Origin: Bacteroidales bacterium
GTDB taxonomy: Bacteria > Bacteroidota > Bacteroidia > Bacteroidales > VadinHA17
Length of the DNA: 64,000 nt
Reading direction: 5' to 3'
Assembly: GCA_021157415.1 (NCBI GenBank)
Contig: JAGGWN010000117.1
Coordinates: 844 to 64,843 of the forward strand
Part shown: positions 46,650-56,353 of the stretch, one piece after another
How positions within the stretch are numbered: the first letter of the stretch is position 1
How the letters are laid out: each line of letters begins with the position of its first letter
Translations under genes and position numbers: made by a program
The notes under the pieces: model-generated
Databases searched by the model: none
What the model was told of the DNA's origin: nothing
Seen by the model: the letters and a program-made list of their open reading frames with translations, nothing else

Positions 46650-48386
46650 TTATTTTTCTGTGGTCACTTTAAACACCGGAACTCTCATATAGCTCTTTTC
46701 CAGCCATGGCGAGTGGTTGTAGATAAAACCCAGTTGCTGATAACGGTTTCTGGCAAAGGCCGGGTCTGATTTTTTCTTTTCTTCAAACTTTTTTTTCAGG
46801 TCGGGGTTTTTCTCCAGTACATCCAGTGCCTTTTCTTCGAAGGTGGAGGGCGAGAAATATTCCCGGCGGTCAAGAACCGGATCAAAGAAATTCCAGCTAA
46901 AAAACGAGTCGGGGGCATCAGGCTCCAGCACTTGGATGATATAACGGTTACCAGGCTGGTCTGTGGGGACCAGATAATCCCCCTGGTAAAACTTCACTTT
47001 CTGCTTTTCTTCCCGGTAGCGGATGTCCCGGTGCTGGAAATGTCCGTTATAGGGTCTTTGTGCATATTTTATGGAAGTTATGTACATAGAGGTAACCTGA
47101 ATCAGAGTGTCTCTCTCCAGACGAACCATCCGGATGCCGTTGATACGCAGCCTATCAACAGCTTTTTTCCAAGCCTGCGGAATGATATAATAATCCGGTT
47201 TTTCAACGGTTTTCACCGGATTGAAGTTCTCATAAAACGGAATATTCTTTACAAAGGGCCTGGAATGATCATACCAGCGATAAGGCAAACCGGTGACCTC
47301 GCCGGTACGTTCGGAAAGGTAATATCCTTTGAACGGGATCATTTTTTTGACGGTAGTATCCGGTTTCCAGGACAATACAAACTTTTTCTGATGGGAAACA
47401 GACAGATCGGCGTTGCTTTTCAACGTCATCATCTCGGAGGCATGATCCTGTGTGAATCCGATCAGCCCTTTCATAAAAAAATATACGGATCTGACCTGGT
47501 CGCGGAACAATTTGTACACATGATTTTCGGTCATGAAGGCAAAGGTGTTGAACAACGCAGCATAACCTGTGGAATATCTGGGCAGATCATTGAAGGCGGA
47601 AATTCCTTTATCCGGTGTCCCGTGAATGCTGTTTACATAAGGAATCATCTCATAGGGAGTCTTTTTCATGACTTCAAACAAAGCCGGCACCATAGTGTTA
47701 TGAAAATACTGGCCCATGGCCGGCTCCATGTTCTGGTAAAGGGTGGGGATCAGGGTGATCGTGTACTGATGATCGGATCCGTCGGTGGTGTGGGTGTCCA
47801 GAAAAACAAGGGGATTCGTTTCACGGAAGATTTTCTCAAGGGAGCGTGCATTTTTTGAGTCTGCCTTGACAAAATCGCGGTTCAGATCCAGGTGCTGTCC
47901 GTTACCCCGGAAACCGCTCTCAGGGGGAGTGTCCTGGTTGGCCCGGTGATAATGGCTGCGGTTGAGCATGCCTCCCACATTGTAAACGGGAATGATACAG
48001 ATAATGACTTTGTCCAGGTATCTTTTCATGTGGTCCTTATCCCTAAGAATGTCCTTGGCCAGTTGCAGACTGGCTTCGATGCCGGCCGGTTCTCCGGGAT
48101 GAATGCCGTTGTTGATGAATACAACCGGCCTGCCGCTTTGTCCGATCTTTAACGGATCGAAAATTTTGTCTCCGGACAGAATAAAAAGATGCAGAGGCTT
48201 GCCGATATCCGTCTCTCCCGCCTCAAGAAGCGATGCTTCCGGATACTCCCGCGCCAGGTGTCTGTATGCATTGATCAGTTGTTCGTAGCTCTGCGTTTTG
48301 TTATCTTCATAGAGCGGTACCTCACGGGCCGGCAGAAAAAGAGTCCCCGACACCCATAAAAAAATAAAAAATGTTATCTGTTTCAT
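46650..48386 (-). CDS. M14 family zinc carboxypeptidase (secreted)
   Basis: Signal peptide, zinc-binding NNGIHPGEPAG, later LDLNRDF and FLDTHTTDGSD segments, and a C-terminal extension. Confidence 0.8.
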   Translation of the reverse strand: MKQITFFIFLWVSGTLFLPAREVPLYEDNKTQSYEQLINAYRHLAREYPEASLLEAGETDIGKPLHLFILSGDKIFDPLKIGQSGRPVVFINNGIHPGEPAGIEASLQLAKDILRDKDHMKRYLDKVIICIIPVYNVGGMLNRSHYHRANQDTPPESGFRGNGQHLDLNRDFVKADSKNARSLEKIFRETNPLVFLDTHTTDGSDHQYTITLIPTLYQNMEPAMGQYFHNTMVPALFEVMKKTPYEMIPYVNSIHGTPDKGISAFNDLPRYSTGYAALFNTFAFMTENHVYKLFRDQVRSVYFFMKGLIGFTQDHASEMMTLKSNADLSVSHQKKFVLSWKPDTTVKKMIPFKGYYLSERTGEVTGLPYRWYDHSRPFVKNIPFYENFNPVKTVEKPDYYIIPQAWKKAVDRLRINGIRMVRLERDTLIQVTSMYITSIKYAQRPYNGHFQHRDIRYREEKQKVKFYQGDYLVPTDQPGNRYIIQVLEPDAPDSFFSWNFFDPVLDRREYFSPSTFEEKALDVLEKNPDLKKKFEEKKKSDPAFARNRYQQLGFIYNHSPWLEKSYMRVPVFKVTTEK

Positions 48387-48417
48387 TTCCTGTAATTATT
48401 TAATAAACTACCCCGGT

Positions 48418-48500
48418 TATCACAAGGAATTATTTGTTTCCGATCCAATGGGGAATAAAATCATTTCTTCCGGTACGCGCCATAGCAGAACGATAAAAAT
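48418..48500. repeat. Dispersed ~80-nt intergenic element, copy Y
   Basis: 27/30 identity over TATCACAAGGAATTATTTGTTTCCGATCCA with 63407-63436. Similarity continues through GGGGAATAAAA..CATTTCTTC..CGCCATAGC.GAACG. Confidence 0.6.
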
Positions 48501-48557
48501 AGGTACAACCATTTTCTTTCTCTTTCTGTGTTTTTATTAATCTCAATATTACCTTAT

Positions 48558-49400
48558 TTATTGCTCTGTTATATGCCTGGCGGCTTTCGCAAACGAAGAC
48601 AGTTCTTTTTGCATCCCGGTAAAAAAATCTGAAACATAGGTTGTTTTTTTGTGTTTCAGCATCTCTGGGATGATCTGTTCCGGGTTTTTCCGGGGGATAC
48701 GGATGTGTTGTTCAAAGACTTCGATGACTTCTTTGGCGCCGGGGTCTTTCTCCTGCAGATTCACAAAAAAGTTATGGGTGATCAGGTATCTCTTTTTCTG
48801 CTTACGGAGGAGGTCAGTCCAGGGGGCCAGTTGTGCCTCCATAGTATTGAATCTGTGATCAAGATTGGGGAGGACCCGTTCGGCCACCTGACCGGAGGGA
48901 ATAGCACGCATGACATATATCTCGTAGTATCTGAAAACCCCTATGAATCCGAAAGCATCCATATCATCGGCCAGGGAAAGAAGGGAGAGTATTATTCCTT
49001 CATCTGATGCCGGTGAGTGTGGGGAAGCATAGTTTTTGTCGTCATGTTTTTCTATGGCTGTCAGGATCGCATGGGTGAGTGTTGGGGGGGAAGGGGTCCG
49101 GCTGAAAAACATTGCTGCCAGCCGCCGGCTGGCATGACCATGGGTAAAATCAATCGTCTCCGACATGCCTGTGTCGTGTAGCATGACAGCCAGCAGGATA
49201 CCCTCAACCTGGTCGCGGCTGAGCGGCCGGATCGTCTTATGGTAACCGGGAATCAGCCCCTTCGCAAAATGCCAGACACGCAAATGATGGGTCTCATCAT
49301 GTGACGGTAAATAAACCGTTGAAAAACACTTGCGGCAAAAATCAAAAGCCTCTCCGAGCTGCTTGTGTTCAGCTGCATCAATGGTTTCCCGTATATTCAT
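48558..49400 (-). CDS. HD-domain (metal-dependent phosphohydrolase-like) protein
   Basis: His...HD signature (HDETHHLRVWHF...AVMLHDTGM). Confidence 0.7.
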   Translation of the reverse strand: MNIRETIDAAEHKQLGEAFDFCRKCFSTVYLPSHDETHHLRVWHFAKGLIPGYHKTIRPLSRDQVEGILLAVMLHDTGMSETIDFTHGHASRRLAAMFFSRTPSPPTLTHAILTAIEKHDDKNYASPHSPASDEGIILSLLSLADDMDAFGFIGVFRYYEIYVMRAIPSGQVAERVLPNLDHRFNTMEAQLAPWTDLLRKQKKRYLITHNFFVNLQEKDPGAKEVIEVFEQHIRIPRKNPEQIIPEMLKHKKTTYVSDFFTGMQKELSSFAKAARHITEQ

Positions 49401-49452
49401 AAAGGTGGTTGCAAAAAAAAACCGTTTTTTTGCAGATAAGTATATGAACAGC

Positions 49453-49698
49453 TTAAATACTGGCTATCTCCCTGGCTATTTCCAGTATGGTGGTGTCATC
49501 CAGAGTTACCAGTCCTCCGTCCGGACCTGGTTCCGTATGTATCCCAATACTTTCTCCGTCGTTGTAGTTGGTGCCGCCAAAATAATTGCGTACTGTTTCA
49601 ACATTCAGGTCCAGTCTTTCTGCAATCAGGCGCATAGCTCCATCCGGAAGACTATCCTTTATTCTTCGTAACTCATTGAATGTGATAATAGTAGACAT
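49453..49698 (-). CDS. Small hypothetical protein with a possible HTH
   Basis: 81-aa ORF in an otherwise empty interval. The segment MRLIAERLDLNVETVRNYF looks helix-turn-helix-like. No family was recognised. Confidence 0.4.
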   Translation of the reverse strand: MSTIITFNELRRIKDSLPDGAMRLIAERLDLNVETVRNYFGGTNYNDGESIGIHTEPGPDGGLVTLDDTTILEIAREIASI

Positions 49699-49768
49699 AG
49701 TGAATAAAAGTTTATATGTGTTAGAGGTTCAACCCTTAAAGATAAGAAAGATATTTTTTTCATACAAA

Positions 49769-50206
49769 TTACTGGATATATTTACGGATAATATATACAT
49801 CGTAATCCCCCAGATATTGAAATCCCCATCGGGTATACAGGTTGATGGCCCGGGTATTGTTTCGATGTACTTCCAGTTTGATCTGGCTGCCGTTTTTCCG
49901 GGCAAAGGCAAGCGTCTCTTGCAGCAGGATATGGCTGAGTTTTTTCCCCTGATGGTCGGGATGGATGGCAAAGTGATGCAGATGCAGTCGCCTGCCGTCA
50001 AAGGTTAACCAGGAAGTGCCTATAACCTTTTTGTGTTGAGTGTGTTCCAGGATGAACATTTTTCCACCCATGGACAGTGTCCTTTCGACGACCTCACGGG
50101 TGTCCCCACGTTCCGGACCTCCAAGGCCGGTCCGTTGCCAGATAATCTCTACCTCCGGCCAGTCTTCCCGGCGGTATTCCCGGCAAATGATATCATTATC
50201 TGTCAT
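49769..50206 (-). CDS. GNAT family N-acetyltransferase
   Basis: 145 aa with the acetyl-CoA-binding motif HPDHQGKKLSHILLQETLAFARKNG and a C-terminal NTRAINLYTRWGF. Confidence 0.8.
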   Translation of the reverse strand: MTDNDIICREYRREDWPEVEIIWQRTGLGGPERGDTREVVERTLSMGGKMFILEHTQHKKVIGTSWLTFDGRRLHLHHFAIHPDHQGKKLSHILLQETLAFARKNGSQIKLEVHRNNTRAINLYTRWGFQYLGDYDVYIIRKYIQ

Positions 50207-50232
50207 ATCTCAACAAGAGTCTTATGAAAGAT

Positions 50233-51711
50233 TTATGATTTTTCTTCTTCCGGCAGTACATAAATCTGTCCGGTGATGTGTCTGGTGACTTTTACGGAGG
50301 TTCCTTTTTCAATAAATCCTATCTCGGAAATGGCATCGTAGATCTCTCCGTTAATCTCCACTTTGCCGGCCGGACGCAGTACCGTGTGCGTAACCCCTGT
50401 CTTCCCGGTAAGTAGTTGCTGCTGTTTTTGATCCACTCCCACAAAACCCTCGCCGCTGTCCAGGGTGGTGTGCAGGGCAAACTTGAATTTGCGGGATTCT
50501 GTTACTTTCTTGGTCAGGAAAATAGAAAGAATCACAGCCGTAAGAGCGGAGACAAGAACGATGAACAGGGATTTTATCAACATACGCATAGCCAGCGCGG
50601 TGTCGAATTTAAAAACAAAATTATCTACAAGACTGAGCGTTAGTCCGATGACGATCAGCGTGATCCCGGAGATACCGGCCACCCCGAATCCGGGGATGGC
50701 AAAAATTTCCACCGCAACGAGGATCAGGCCTACGATGAAAAGAAGGATCTCCCAGTGAGCTGCCAGTCCTTCCAGGTATAAGGGGGCAAAATAAAGAATG
50801 GCTGCCAGGATGGCTGCTGCCAACGGGAAACCCACCCCCGGGGTGCGGAGCTCAAAATAGATACCCCCGACAATGATCATAATCAGAAAACCGGATACCC
50901 CCGGACTGGCCAGGAACCCAATGATTTTTTCAACAGGTGTTAAGGTAAATGCATGTATTTCGTAGTCTTTAATTCCTGCTTGTTGCATGACCTCTTCAAT
51001 ATTTTCAGCTTTTCCTTCACAGTAACCCAGCCGGATGGCTTCTTCCGTGGTCAGGGTAAGCACTTTCCCCGAGTCACTGATTCCGGGGACGATTACCCGG
51101 GGATCAACCATAGCTTCCGCAATGCGCGGATCCCGGTGCCACCGGATGACCGTGTCCCCGTTTTGCAGGATCGTGTCTTTTCCGTGGGCTTCAGCAGTAG
51201 CCCTCATCATGCCTCTCATGTATGATTGATATTTGTCCGGTACCTGTTGGCCGGTCTGATTGACCACGGTGGCTGCCCCGATGGTGCTGCCCGAATGCAT
51301 ATATATGCTGTCGCAGGCAATGGAAATCAAAGCCCCCGCCGAGGCCGCATTGTTATCTATGTAAACCAGAGTGGGGATGCTGCATTTTAATAAGGCGGTA
51401 CGGATACTGTCGGCATCGTTCAGCAACCCTCCGTACGTGTTCATCCGGATCAGGATGTAATCGGCATGCACAGCACGGGCTTCTTCCAGACTTTTTTGGG
51501 TGATCCTCCATACCGGTTTGGCGATCTCTTTCTGAATGGGAAAACTATAGATTATGGTTTTCTTATGAATCGTGTCCGGCGCCGGGACAATGGCCGTTTT
51601 ACTATTGGGCAGATCACTATTGATAAGTGTATCTACAGCCGGATTCGTAGCTCCCGTGAAAACAAAGGCCAGCAGGATGATCAACCCGGAAAACATTATC
51701 TGTCTGTTCAT
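50233..51711 (-). CDS. NfeD-family membrane-bound ClpP-class serine protease (long form)
   Basis: Signal peptide, a ClpP/SppA-like domain (INTYGGLLNDADSI...NAASAGALIS), four or five TM helices and a C-terminal NfeD OB-fold (GKTGVTHTVLRPAGKVEINGEIYDAISE). Confidence 0.8.
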   Translation of the reverse strand: MNRQIMFSGLIILLAFVFTGATNPAVDTLINSDLPNSKTAIVPAPDTIHKKTIIYSFPIQKEIAKPVWRITQKSLEEARAVHADYILIRMNTYGGLLNDADSIRTALLKCSIPTLVYIDNNAASAGALISIACDSIYMHSGSTIGAATVVNQTGQQVPDKYQSYMRGMMRATAEAHGKDTILQNGDTVIRWHRDPRIAEAMVDPRVIVPGISDSGKVLTLTTEEAIRLGYCEGKAENIEEVMQQAGIKDYEIHAFTLTPVEKIIGFLASPGVSGFLIMIIVGGIYFELRTPGVGFPLAAAILAAILYFAPLYLEGLAAHWEILLFIVGLILVAVEIFAIPGFGVAGISGITLIVIGLTLSLVDNFVFKFDTALAMRMLIKSLFIVLVSALTAVILSIFLTKKVTESRKFKFALHTTLDSGEGFVGVDQKQQQLLTGKTGVTHTVLRPAGKVEINGEIYDAISEIGFIEKGTSVKVTRHITGQIYVLPEEEKS

Positions 51712-51736
51712 ATCTGTCTGATAAATGAGTTCCCTA

Positions 51737-51744
51737 CAAATATA
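51737..51744 (-). promoter_or_regulatory. Candidate -7 promoter box (TATATTTG on the minus strand) for the nfeD-like gene
   Basis: Exact TAnnTTTG match 26 nt upstream of the start at 51711. Confidence 0.4.
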
Positions 51745-51833
51745 TCAATAACTTTTAACTTGTAATTTTTAACTTTTGTTCTTCTCTCCATGATTCCATG
51801 ATACCAATATTCCACTATTCCACTATTATTTCC

Positions 51834-51841
51834 TATTTTTG
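51834..51841 (+). promoter_or_regulatory. Candidate -7 promoter box (TATTTTTG) for purB
   Basis: Exact TAnnTTTG match 24 nt upstream of the ATG at 51865. Confidence 0.4.
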
Positions 51842-51864
51842 CCGGAGAACTGAAAGAAAATATC

Positions 51865-53208
51865 ATGAAAGATTTTTCCATCCTTGCCATCTCTCCTGTT
51901 GACGGAAGGTATCGTGATAGAATTAAGGAACTTGAGAATTATTTTTCCGAGTTTGCACTGATCCGGTACAGGCTGAAAGTGGAGATTGAATATTTCATAG
52001 CTCTGTGTAAGATCCCTCTTCCTCCTCTGGAATCTTTTCCTGCAGAAAAATATTCTGTTCTACGGGGATGGGTAGAGTCTTTCAGTCCCGAAGAGGCACG
52101 AAGCGTGAAGGAGATAGAAGCAAAAACCAATCATGACGTCAAGTCGGTGGAATATTATTTGAAGGAAAAGTTTAATCAGGAGGAACTGGGAGATTACGGG
52201 GAGTTTATACATTTCGGGCTTACTTCGCAGGATATCAACAATACGGCGTTTCCTATGATGATCAGGGATGCTTTCAGGGAAATTTATGAGCCCTTGCTTA
52301 TCTCCCTGATGGCAAAGTTGTCGGATATGGCGGATGACTGGGCCGATATCCCCATGCTGGCGCATACACACGGACAGGCGGCATCCCCTACACGCGTGGG
52401 GAAAGAAGTGTTGGTGTTTGTACGGCGTCTGGAAGATCAGTATGACGCTCTGGTTAAAATTCCCTGGGCTGCCAAATTCGGAGGGGCTACGGGCAATCTG
52501 AATGCTCACGTGGCAGCTTTCCCCGAAATTGACTGGATGACTTTCACCAATCATTTTGTAGAACAGACCCTGGGCCTGCACCGGACACGCGTAACAACCC
52601 AGATCGAACCGTATGATCACCTGGCAGCTTTACTGGATAACCTGAAGAGAATCAATACCATCTTTCTCGATCTGGCACGGGATTTCTGGATGTATATTTC
52701 CATGGAATATTTCCATCAGGAGATCAAAGCCGGTGAGGTGGGCTCCTCTACCATGCCTCATAAAATCAATCCCATAGACTTTGAAAATGCGGAAGGAAAT
52801 CTGGGGATGGCCAATGCCATATATGAACATATGTCGGCCAAGCTCCCGCTGTCCCGCCTGCAAAGGGACCTTACCGACAGTACGGTGTTGAGGAACGTCG
52901 GTATGCCGGTGGCCTATACCCTGATTGCACTCCATTCACTGAAGCGGGGACTGAATAAACTCATCCTGAACGAGGATAAGATCCGTGACGACCTGGAGAA
53001 TAACTGGAGTGTTGTGGCAGAGGCTATTCAGACCATCCTGCGCAGGGAAGGCTATCCCCGGCCCTACGAAAAACTTAAGGAGCTTACCCGAACCCATAAA
53101 CGAATCACAAAAGAGACACTGCATAATTTTATCGATACTTTAAACGTTTCCAATGAGGTGAAGGAAGAAATGAAGAAAATCACCCCTTTTAATTATACCG
53201 GCATCTGA
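51865..53208 (+). CDS. purB: Adenylosuccinate lyase
   Basis: ISPVDGRYR at the N-terminus, the fumarate-lyase signature GSSTMPHKINPIDFEN, and 447 aa in length. Confidence 0.95.
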   Translation: MKDFSILAISPVDGRYRDRIKELENYFSEFALIRYRLKVEIEYFIALCKIPLPPLESFPAEKYSVLRGWVESFSPEEARSVKEIEAKTNHDVKSVEYYLKEKFNQEELGDYGEFIHFGLTSQDINNTAFPMMIRDAFREIYEPLLISLMAKLSDMADDWADIPMLAHTHGQAASPTRVGKEVLVFVRRLEDQYDALVKIPWAAKFGGATGNLNAHVAAFPEIDWMTFTNHFVEQTLGLHRTRVTTQIEPYDHLAALLDNLKRINTIFLDLARDFWMYISMEYFHQEIKAGEVGSSTMPHKINPIDFENAEGNLGMANAIYEHMSAKLPLSRLQRDLTDSTVLRNVGMPVAYTLIALHSLKRGLNKLILNEDKIRDDLENNWSVVAEAIQTILRREGYPRPYEKLKELTRTHKRITKETLHNFIDTLNVSNEVKEEMKKITPFNYTGI

Positions 53209-53209
53209 G

Positions 53210-55027
53210 ATGAAGCAGTTTTTCCAGATTTTTGCACTGATAAAGCCTTATTGGGTAAGGGCAGCCTGGAATGTGGTTTTTAACATCTTATCGGCTTTTG
53301 CCGCCCTTTTTTCCTATACCCTGGTAGCTCCGTTTCTCGGGATACTTTTCGGAACCCAGCCTGTGGTGACCGAACCGGTACCTTTGCGGCTCAGCGCCGG
53401 TGCCATGATTCATAATGTGAATTTTTTTCTCAGCAAGGTGGTTACCGAACATGGCAGGGTGGAAGCCCTGCTGACGGTAGCCATACTGGTGGTGATCATG
53501 GCCTTACTGAAAAACGGTTTTGCTTTCCTGTCTAACTGGCATATGGCTCCCATACGTGCCGGAATAGAAACCGACCTGAGAAAACAACTCTACCGGAAGC
53601 TGTTGCGTCTGCCGCTGTCCTATTACTCCGAAGCCCGGAAAGGAGATGTGATGTCGCGGATATCCGCCGATGTGAAAGAAATAGAAAATTCCATTGTCAG
53701 CTCGCTGGAGATGCTGTTCCGCTCTCCGATTGTGGTAATTATCTACATGGTCACCCTCTTTGTGATGAGTTACAAACTGACCCTGTTTGTACTGGTCCTC
53801 CTGCCTGTCAGTGGCTGGGCCATAGGCAAAGTGGCCAGAAATCTGCGGGGGATATCCTTCGGAGGACAAAGACGGCTGGGATCGATCATGGCCATCATTG
53901 AAGAAACCCTCTCCGGATTCAGGATCATCAAAGCTTTTAATGCGGAAAAGAATTTTACCGAAAAATTCGACCAGGTAAATGCCCGATACTTCTCTATCAT
54001 GAAAAAAGTACATCGCCGCCGTTACCTGTCCAGCCCGCTGAGTGAGTTTCTTGCTACCATTGTGATGATGTTGCTCATGTATTACGGAGGAAGAATGGTT
54101 TTAAATCATACCTCCAACCTCTCTTCGCAGGAATTTATCGCGTACATTGTGATCTTTTCGCAGGTGATACCGCCCGCCAAAACTTTCTCATTGGCTTATT
54201 TCAATATTCAGAAAGGCCTGGCTTCTTTCGACCGTATCAATACGATCCTGAACGAAGAGGAACCGATCAAAGATACACCCGGGGCCCTTCCCCTCCGCGA
54301 ATTTAATGACGCTATCGAATACAGAGAAGTGTATTTCAAATATGAACATGATTATGTGCTGAGAAATATTAACCTTAAGATTAACAAAGGAAGTACGGTG
54401 GCTCTGGTAGGGGAATCCGGCGGCGGAAAGTCCACGGTGGCGGATCTGTTGCCCCGGTTCATTGAACCGACGAAAGGAACTGTTTTGCTGGACGGCCATA
54501 CGGTGCAGGATTATAAAATCAGTGATCTGCGCAATCTGATGGGCATTGTGAACCAGCAACCGATTCTTTTCAACGATACCTTTTATAATAACATTACCAT
54601 GGGTATGGATGTCGGCCGGGATGAAGTGATCAAAGCTGCTAAGATTGCCAATGCGCATGATTTTATCTTATCCACACCTGAGGGCTATGACACCTCGATA
54701 GGGGAGGGAGGCAACAAACTCTCAGGTGGACAGAAACAGCGCATCAGCATCGCCCGGGCACTTTTAAAGAATCCCCCGATCCTGATTCTGGATGAAGCTA
54801 CCTCCTCACTGGATACCGAGTCGGAGAAACTGGTACAGGATGCCATGCTCCATCTGATGAAAAACCGTACCTCCCTGGTCATTGCCCATCGTCTCTCCAC
54901 CATCAAAAATGCCGACGAGATATGTGTTTTGCACCATGGTGAGATCGTAGAACGAGGCACCCATACCCAGCTCATGCGAAAAAAAGGATACTACCATAAG
55001 CTGCAGAAAATGCAGTCGGTGGAGTGA
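53210..55027 (+). CDS. ABC transporter permease/ATP-binding fusion (MsbA-like exporter)
   Basis: Six-TM ABC_membrane domain, then Walker A GESGGGKST, the signature LSGGQKQRISIARAL and Walker B ILILDEATSSLD. Confidence 0.9.
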   Translation: MKQFFQIFALIKPYWVRAAWNVVFNILSAFAALFSYTLVAPFLGILFGTQPVVTEPVPLRLSAGAMIHNVNFFLSKVVTEHGRVEALLTVAILVVIMALLKNGFAFLSNWHMAPIRAGIETDLRKQLYRKLLRLPLSYYSEARKGDVMSRISADVKEIENSIVSSLEMLFRSPIVVIIYMVTLFVMSYKLTLFVLVLLPVSGWAIGKVARNLRGISFGGQRRLGSIMAIIEETLSGFRIIKAFNAEKNFTEKFDQVNARYFSIMKKVHRRRYLSSPLSEFLATIVMMLLMYYGGRMVLNHTSNLSSQEFIAYIVIFSQVIPPAKTFSLAYFNIQKGLASFDRINTILNEEEPIKDTPGALPLREFNDAIEYREVYFKYEHDYVLRNINLKINKGSTVALVGESGGGKSTVADLLPRFIEPTKGTVLLDGHTVQDYKISDLRNLMGIVNQQPILFNDTFYNNITMGMDVGRDEVIKAAKIANAHDFILSTPEGYDTSIGEGGNKLSGGQKQRISIARALLKNPPILILDEATSSLDTESEKLVQDAMLHLMKNRTSLVIAHRLSTIKNADEICVLHHGEIVERGTHTQLMRKKGYYHKLQKMQSVE

Positions 55028-55131
55028 AGGCTGAAGAGAGCATGATATTATGTTGCTCCCGGCAAGATTATGATACCTGATGTCTGCTGAAATCGAAAGG
55101 ATCGGCCGGAGATATTAGGATATACATATTT

Positions 55132-55163
55132 AAATATTTATTTAAATATGTATTTAAATAAAT
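55132..55163. terminator. AT-rich perfect inverted repeat between convergent genes (possible bidirectional terminator)
   Basis: ATACATATTTAAATA (55132-55146), a TT spacer, then TATTTAAATATGTAT (55149-55163). The arms are 15 bp and fully complementary. The stem is AT-only, so its stability is doubtful. Confidence 0.3.
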
Positions 55164-55170
55164 ATATTTT

Positions 55171-56040
55171 TTATGATTCATCGGTATCCCGAAGTGATCT
55201 CTTTGGGAAACGATCCTTATTCCGGATGTATTCGTCCATGGTCTTATCGTATTCCTTTATCAGGGTCAGGAGCAAAGGATGGGAGGTGGAAAAGGAATGA
55301 CCATTGATGTGGGATACCGGCAGCACCTTGATAGACGTGCCGGTAAGGAAGGCGGCCTCGATGCCGGAGAGGCCGGTGACGGAAATGGCTTCTTTTTTTA
55401 AGGGTATGCACTGATCCCGGCAGATGCTGATTACATATTTCCGGGATATTCCCTGCAGCACCAGATGGTCGGGTGCGGTATAAAGAATATTATCCCTGAT
55501 GAAGAAAACGTTGGAGCGACTGCCCTCGGTAATGATTCCCTGCCGGTTTACAAGAAGAGCTTCATAGGTCCCGGTTTCGATCAGCTTGTTGTAAAGGGTG
55601 AGGCGCAGGTTGTGGTGGATAATCTTGGCAGTGGGGCAGGGTCGTTCAGCCTGGTAAAGGATGCACTTGACTCCCTTTTCGTACTGTTCCTGCGAGGGAT
55701 AGTGATGTGTGACCTGGTACACCAGAAAATGAGATATACCGGGGCGATCCTTCTCAAAATTAAAAATGACTTTGATATTCCCTTCCGTGATATGGTTTTC
55801 CCGGATAATCCTGTTTACAGCGTCCATGATCTCACGGTCGGATACTTGGATTTCTCCCTTTTTAATATCCAGGGTACGGTGTAATCGCTGCAGATGATCC
55901 TCCGAAAACAGAGGTATGCCTTTTACAACCCGTATGACTTCATATACCGATTCTCCTTCAAAGATCAGAGATGACCTGAATTCATGGCAGTCATACATGT
56001 TGCCATTGTGATAAAAACGATGACCGTAACATTCTCTCAT
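55171..56040 (-). CDS. Class IV aminotransferase (branched-chain amino acid aminotransferase / aminodeoxychorismate lyase family)
   Basis: Fold-type IV patterns (GESVYEVIRVVKG, EALLVNRQGIITEGSRSNVFFI, APDHLVLQGISRKYV). The start at ATG 56040 is preferred because a -7 box lies at 56059-56066. The ORF track extends to 56130. Confidence 0.8.
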   Translation of the reverse strand: MRECYGHRFYHNGNMYDCHEFRSSLIFEGESVYEVIRVVKGIPLFSEDHLQRLHRTLDIKKGEIQVSDREIMDAVNRIIRENHITEGNIKVIFNFEKDRPGISHFLVYQVTHHYPSQEQYEKGVKCILYQAERPCPTAKIIHHNLRLTLYNKLIETGTYEALLVNRQGIITEGSRSNVFFIRDNILYTAPDHLVLQGISRKYVISICRDQCIPLKKEAISVTGLSGIEAAFLTGTSIKVLPVSHINGHSFSTSHPLLLTLIKEYDKTMDEYIRNKDRFPKRSLRDTDES

Positions 56041-56058
56041 GGAGCAATCTTCAGGGGT

Positions 56059-56066
56059 CAAACCTA
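56059..56066 (-). promoter_or_regulatory. Candidate -7 promoter box (TAGGTTTG on the minus strand) for the class IV aminotransferase gene
   Basis: Exact TAnnTTTG match 19 nt upstream of the ATG at 56040. Confidence 0.35.
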
Positions 56067-56340
56067 CATAAAATTTTTCATGAAAGCGTACATGGGCCGT
56101 ATGAAAAAATTTATAACCTGGTTCTCCCACTGGAGCTCTGTCCGACCGCCTGTCTAAAGCAGGGTGCGGGGTAATCCGTTGCTATATTCAAAGGATTATC
56201 AGAGGGAATGTGAAATATTTGGTTGTTGAAGCGTGATAAAATGCAACCTTATTTTTTTATTTATTGAGCTTCGAGCCCGCCATGCAAAGTGAAAGCAGTG
56301 ACCTTGCTTTTTGTTCGCTTGTGTGTAATAACATTTCTTG

Positions 56341-56348
56341 TAATTTTG
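56341..56348 (+). promoter_or_regulatory. Candidate -7 promoter box (TAATTTTG) for the exonuclease gene
   Basis: Exact TAnnTTTG match 6 nt upstream of the in-frame GTG at 56354. If real, the mRNA would be nearly leaderless. Confidence 0.25.
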
Positions 56349-56353
56349 TTTCC

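Noticed and set aside
46932-47858. A 308-aa plus-strand ORF antisense to the M14 carboxypeptidase gene. Similar long antisense ORFs occur at 61889-62734 (281 aa, opposite the phosphohexomutase), 41846-42682 (278 aa, opposite alaS), 4850-5581 (243 aa, opposite the TonB receptor), 58045-58701 and 58714-59463 (opposite htpG), and 43797-44414 (opposite the acyl-CoA ligase).
   Set aside because: Each lies entirely inside a gene whose opposite-strand product has clear family motifs. The antisense translations are low-complexity (rich in Arg, His, Ile, Phe and Gly) with no recognisable domain. Such shadow ORFs are expected opposite long genes.
49453-50206. The GNAT acetyltransferase plus the small HTH-like ORF as a GNAT-type toxin-antitoxin pair.
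   Set aside because: The gene order is reversed relative to known GNAT/RHH modules, where the antitoxin comes first. The genes are separated by a 70-bp gap rather than overlapping. The small protein shows no RHH/DUF1778 pattern, and the GNAT looks like an ordinary housekeeping type.
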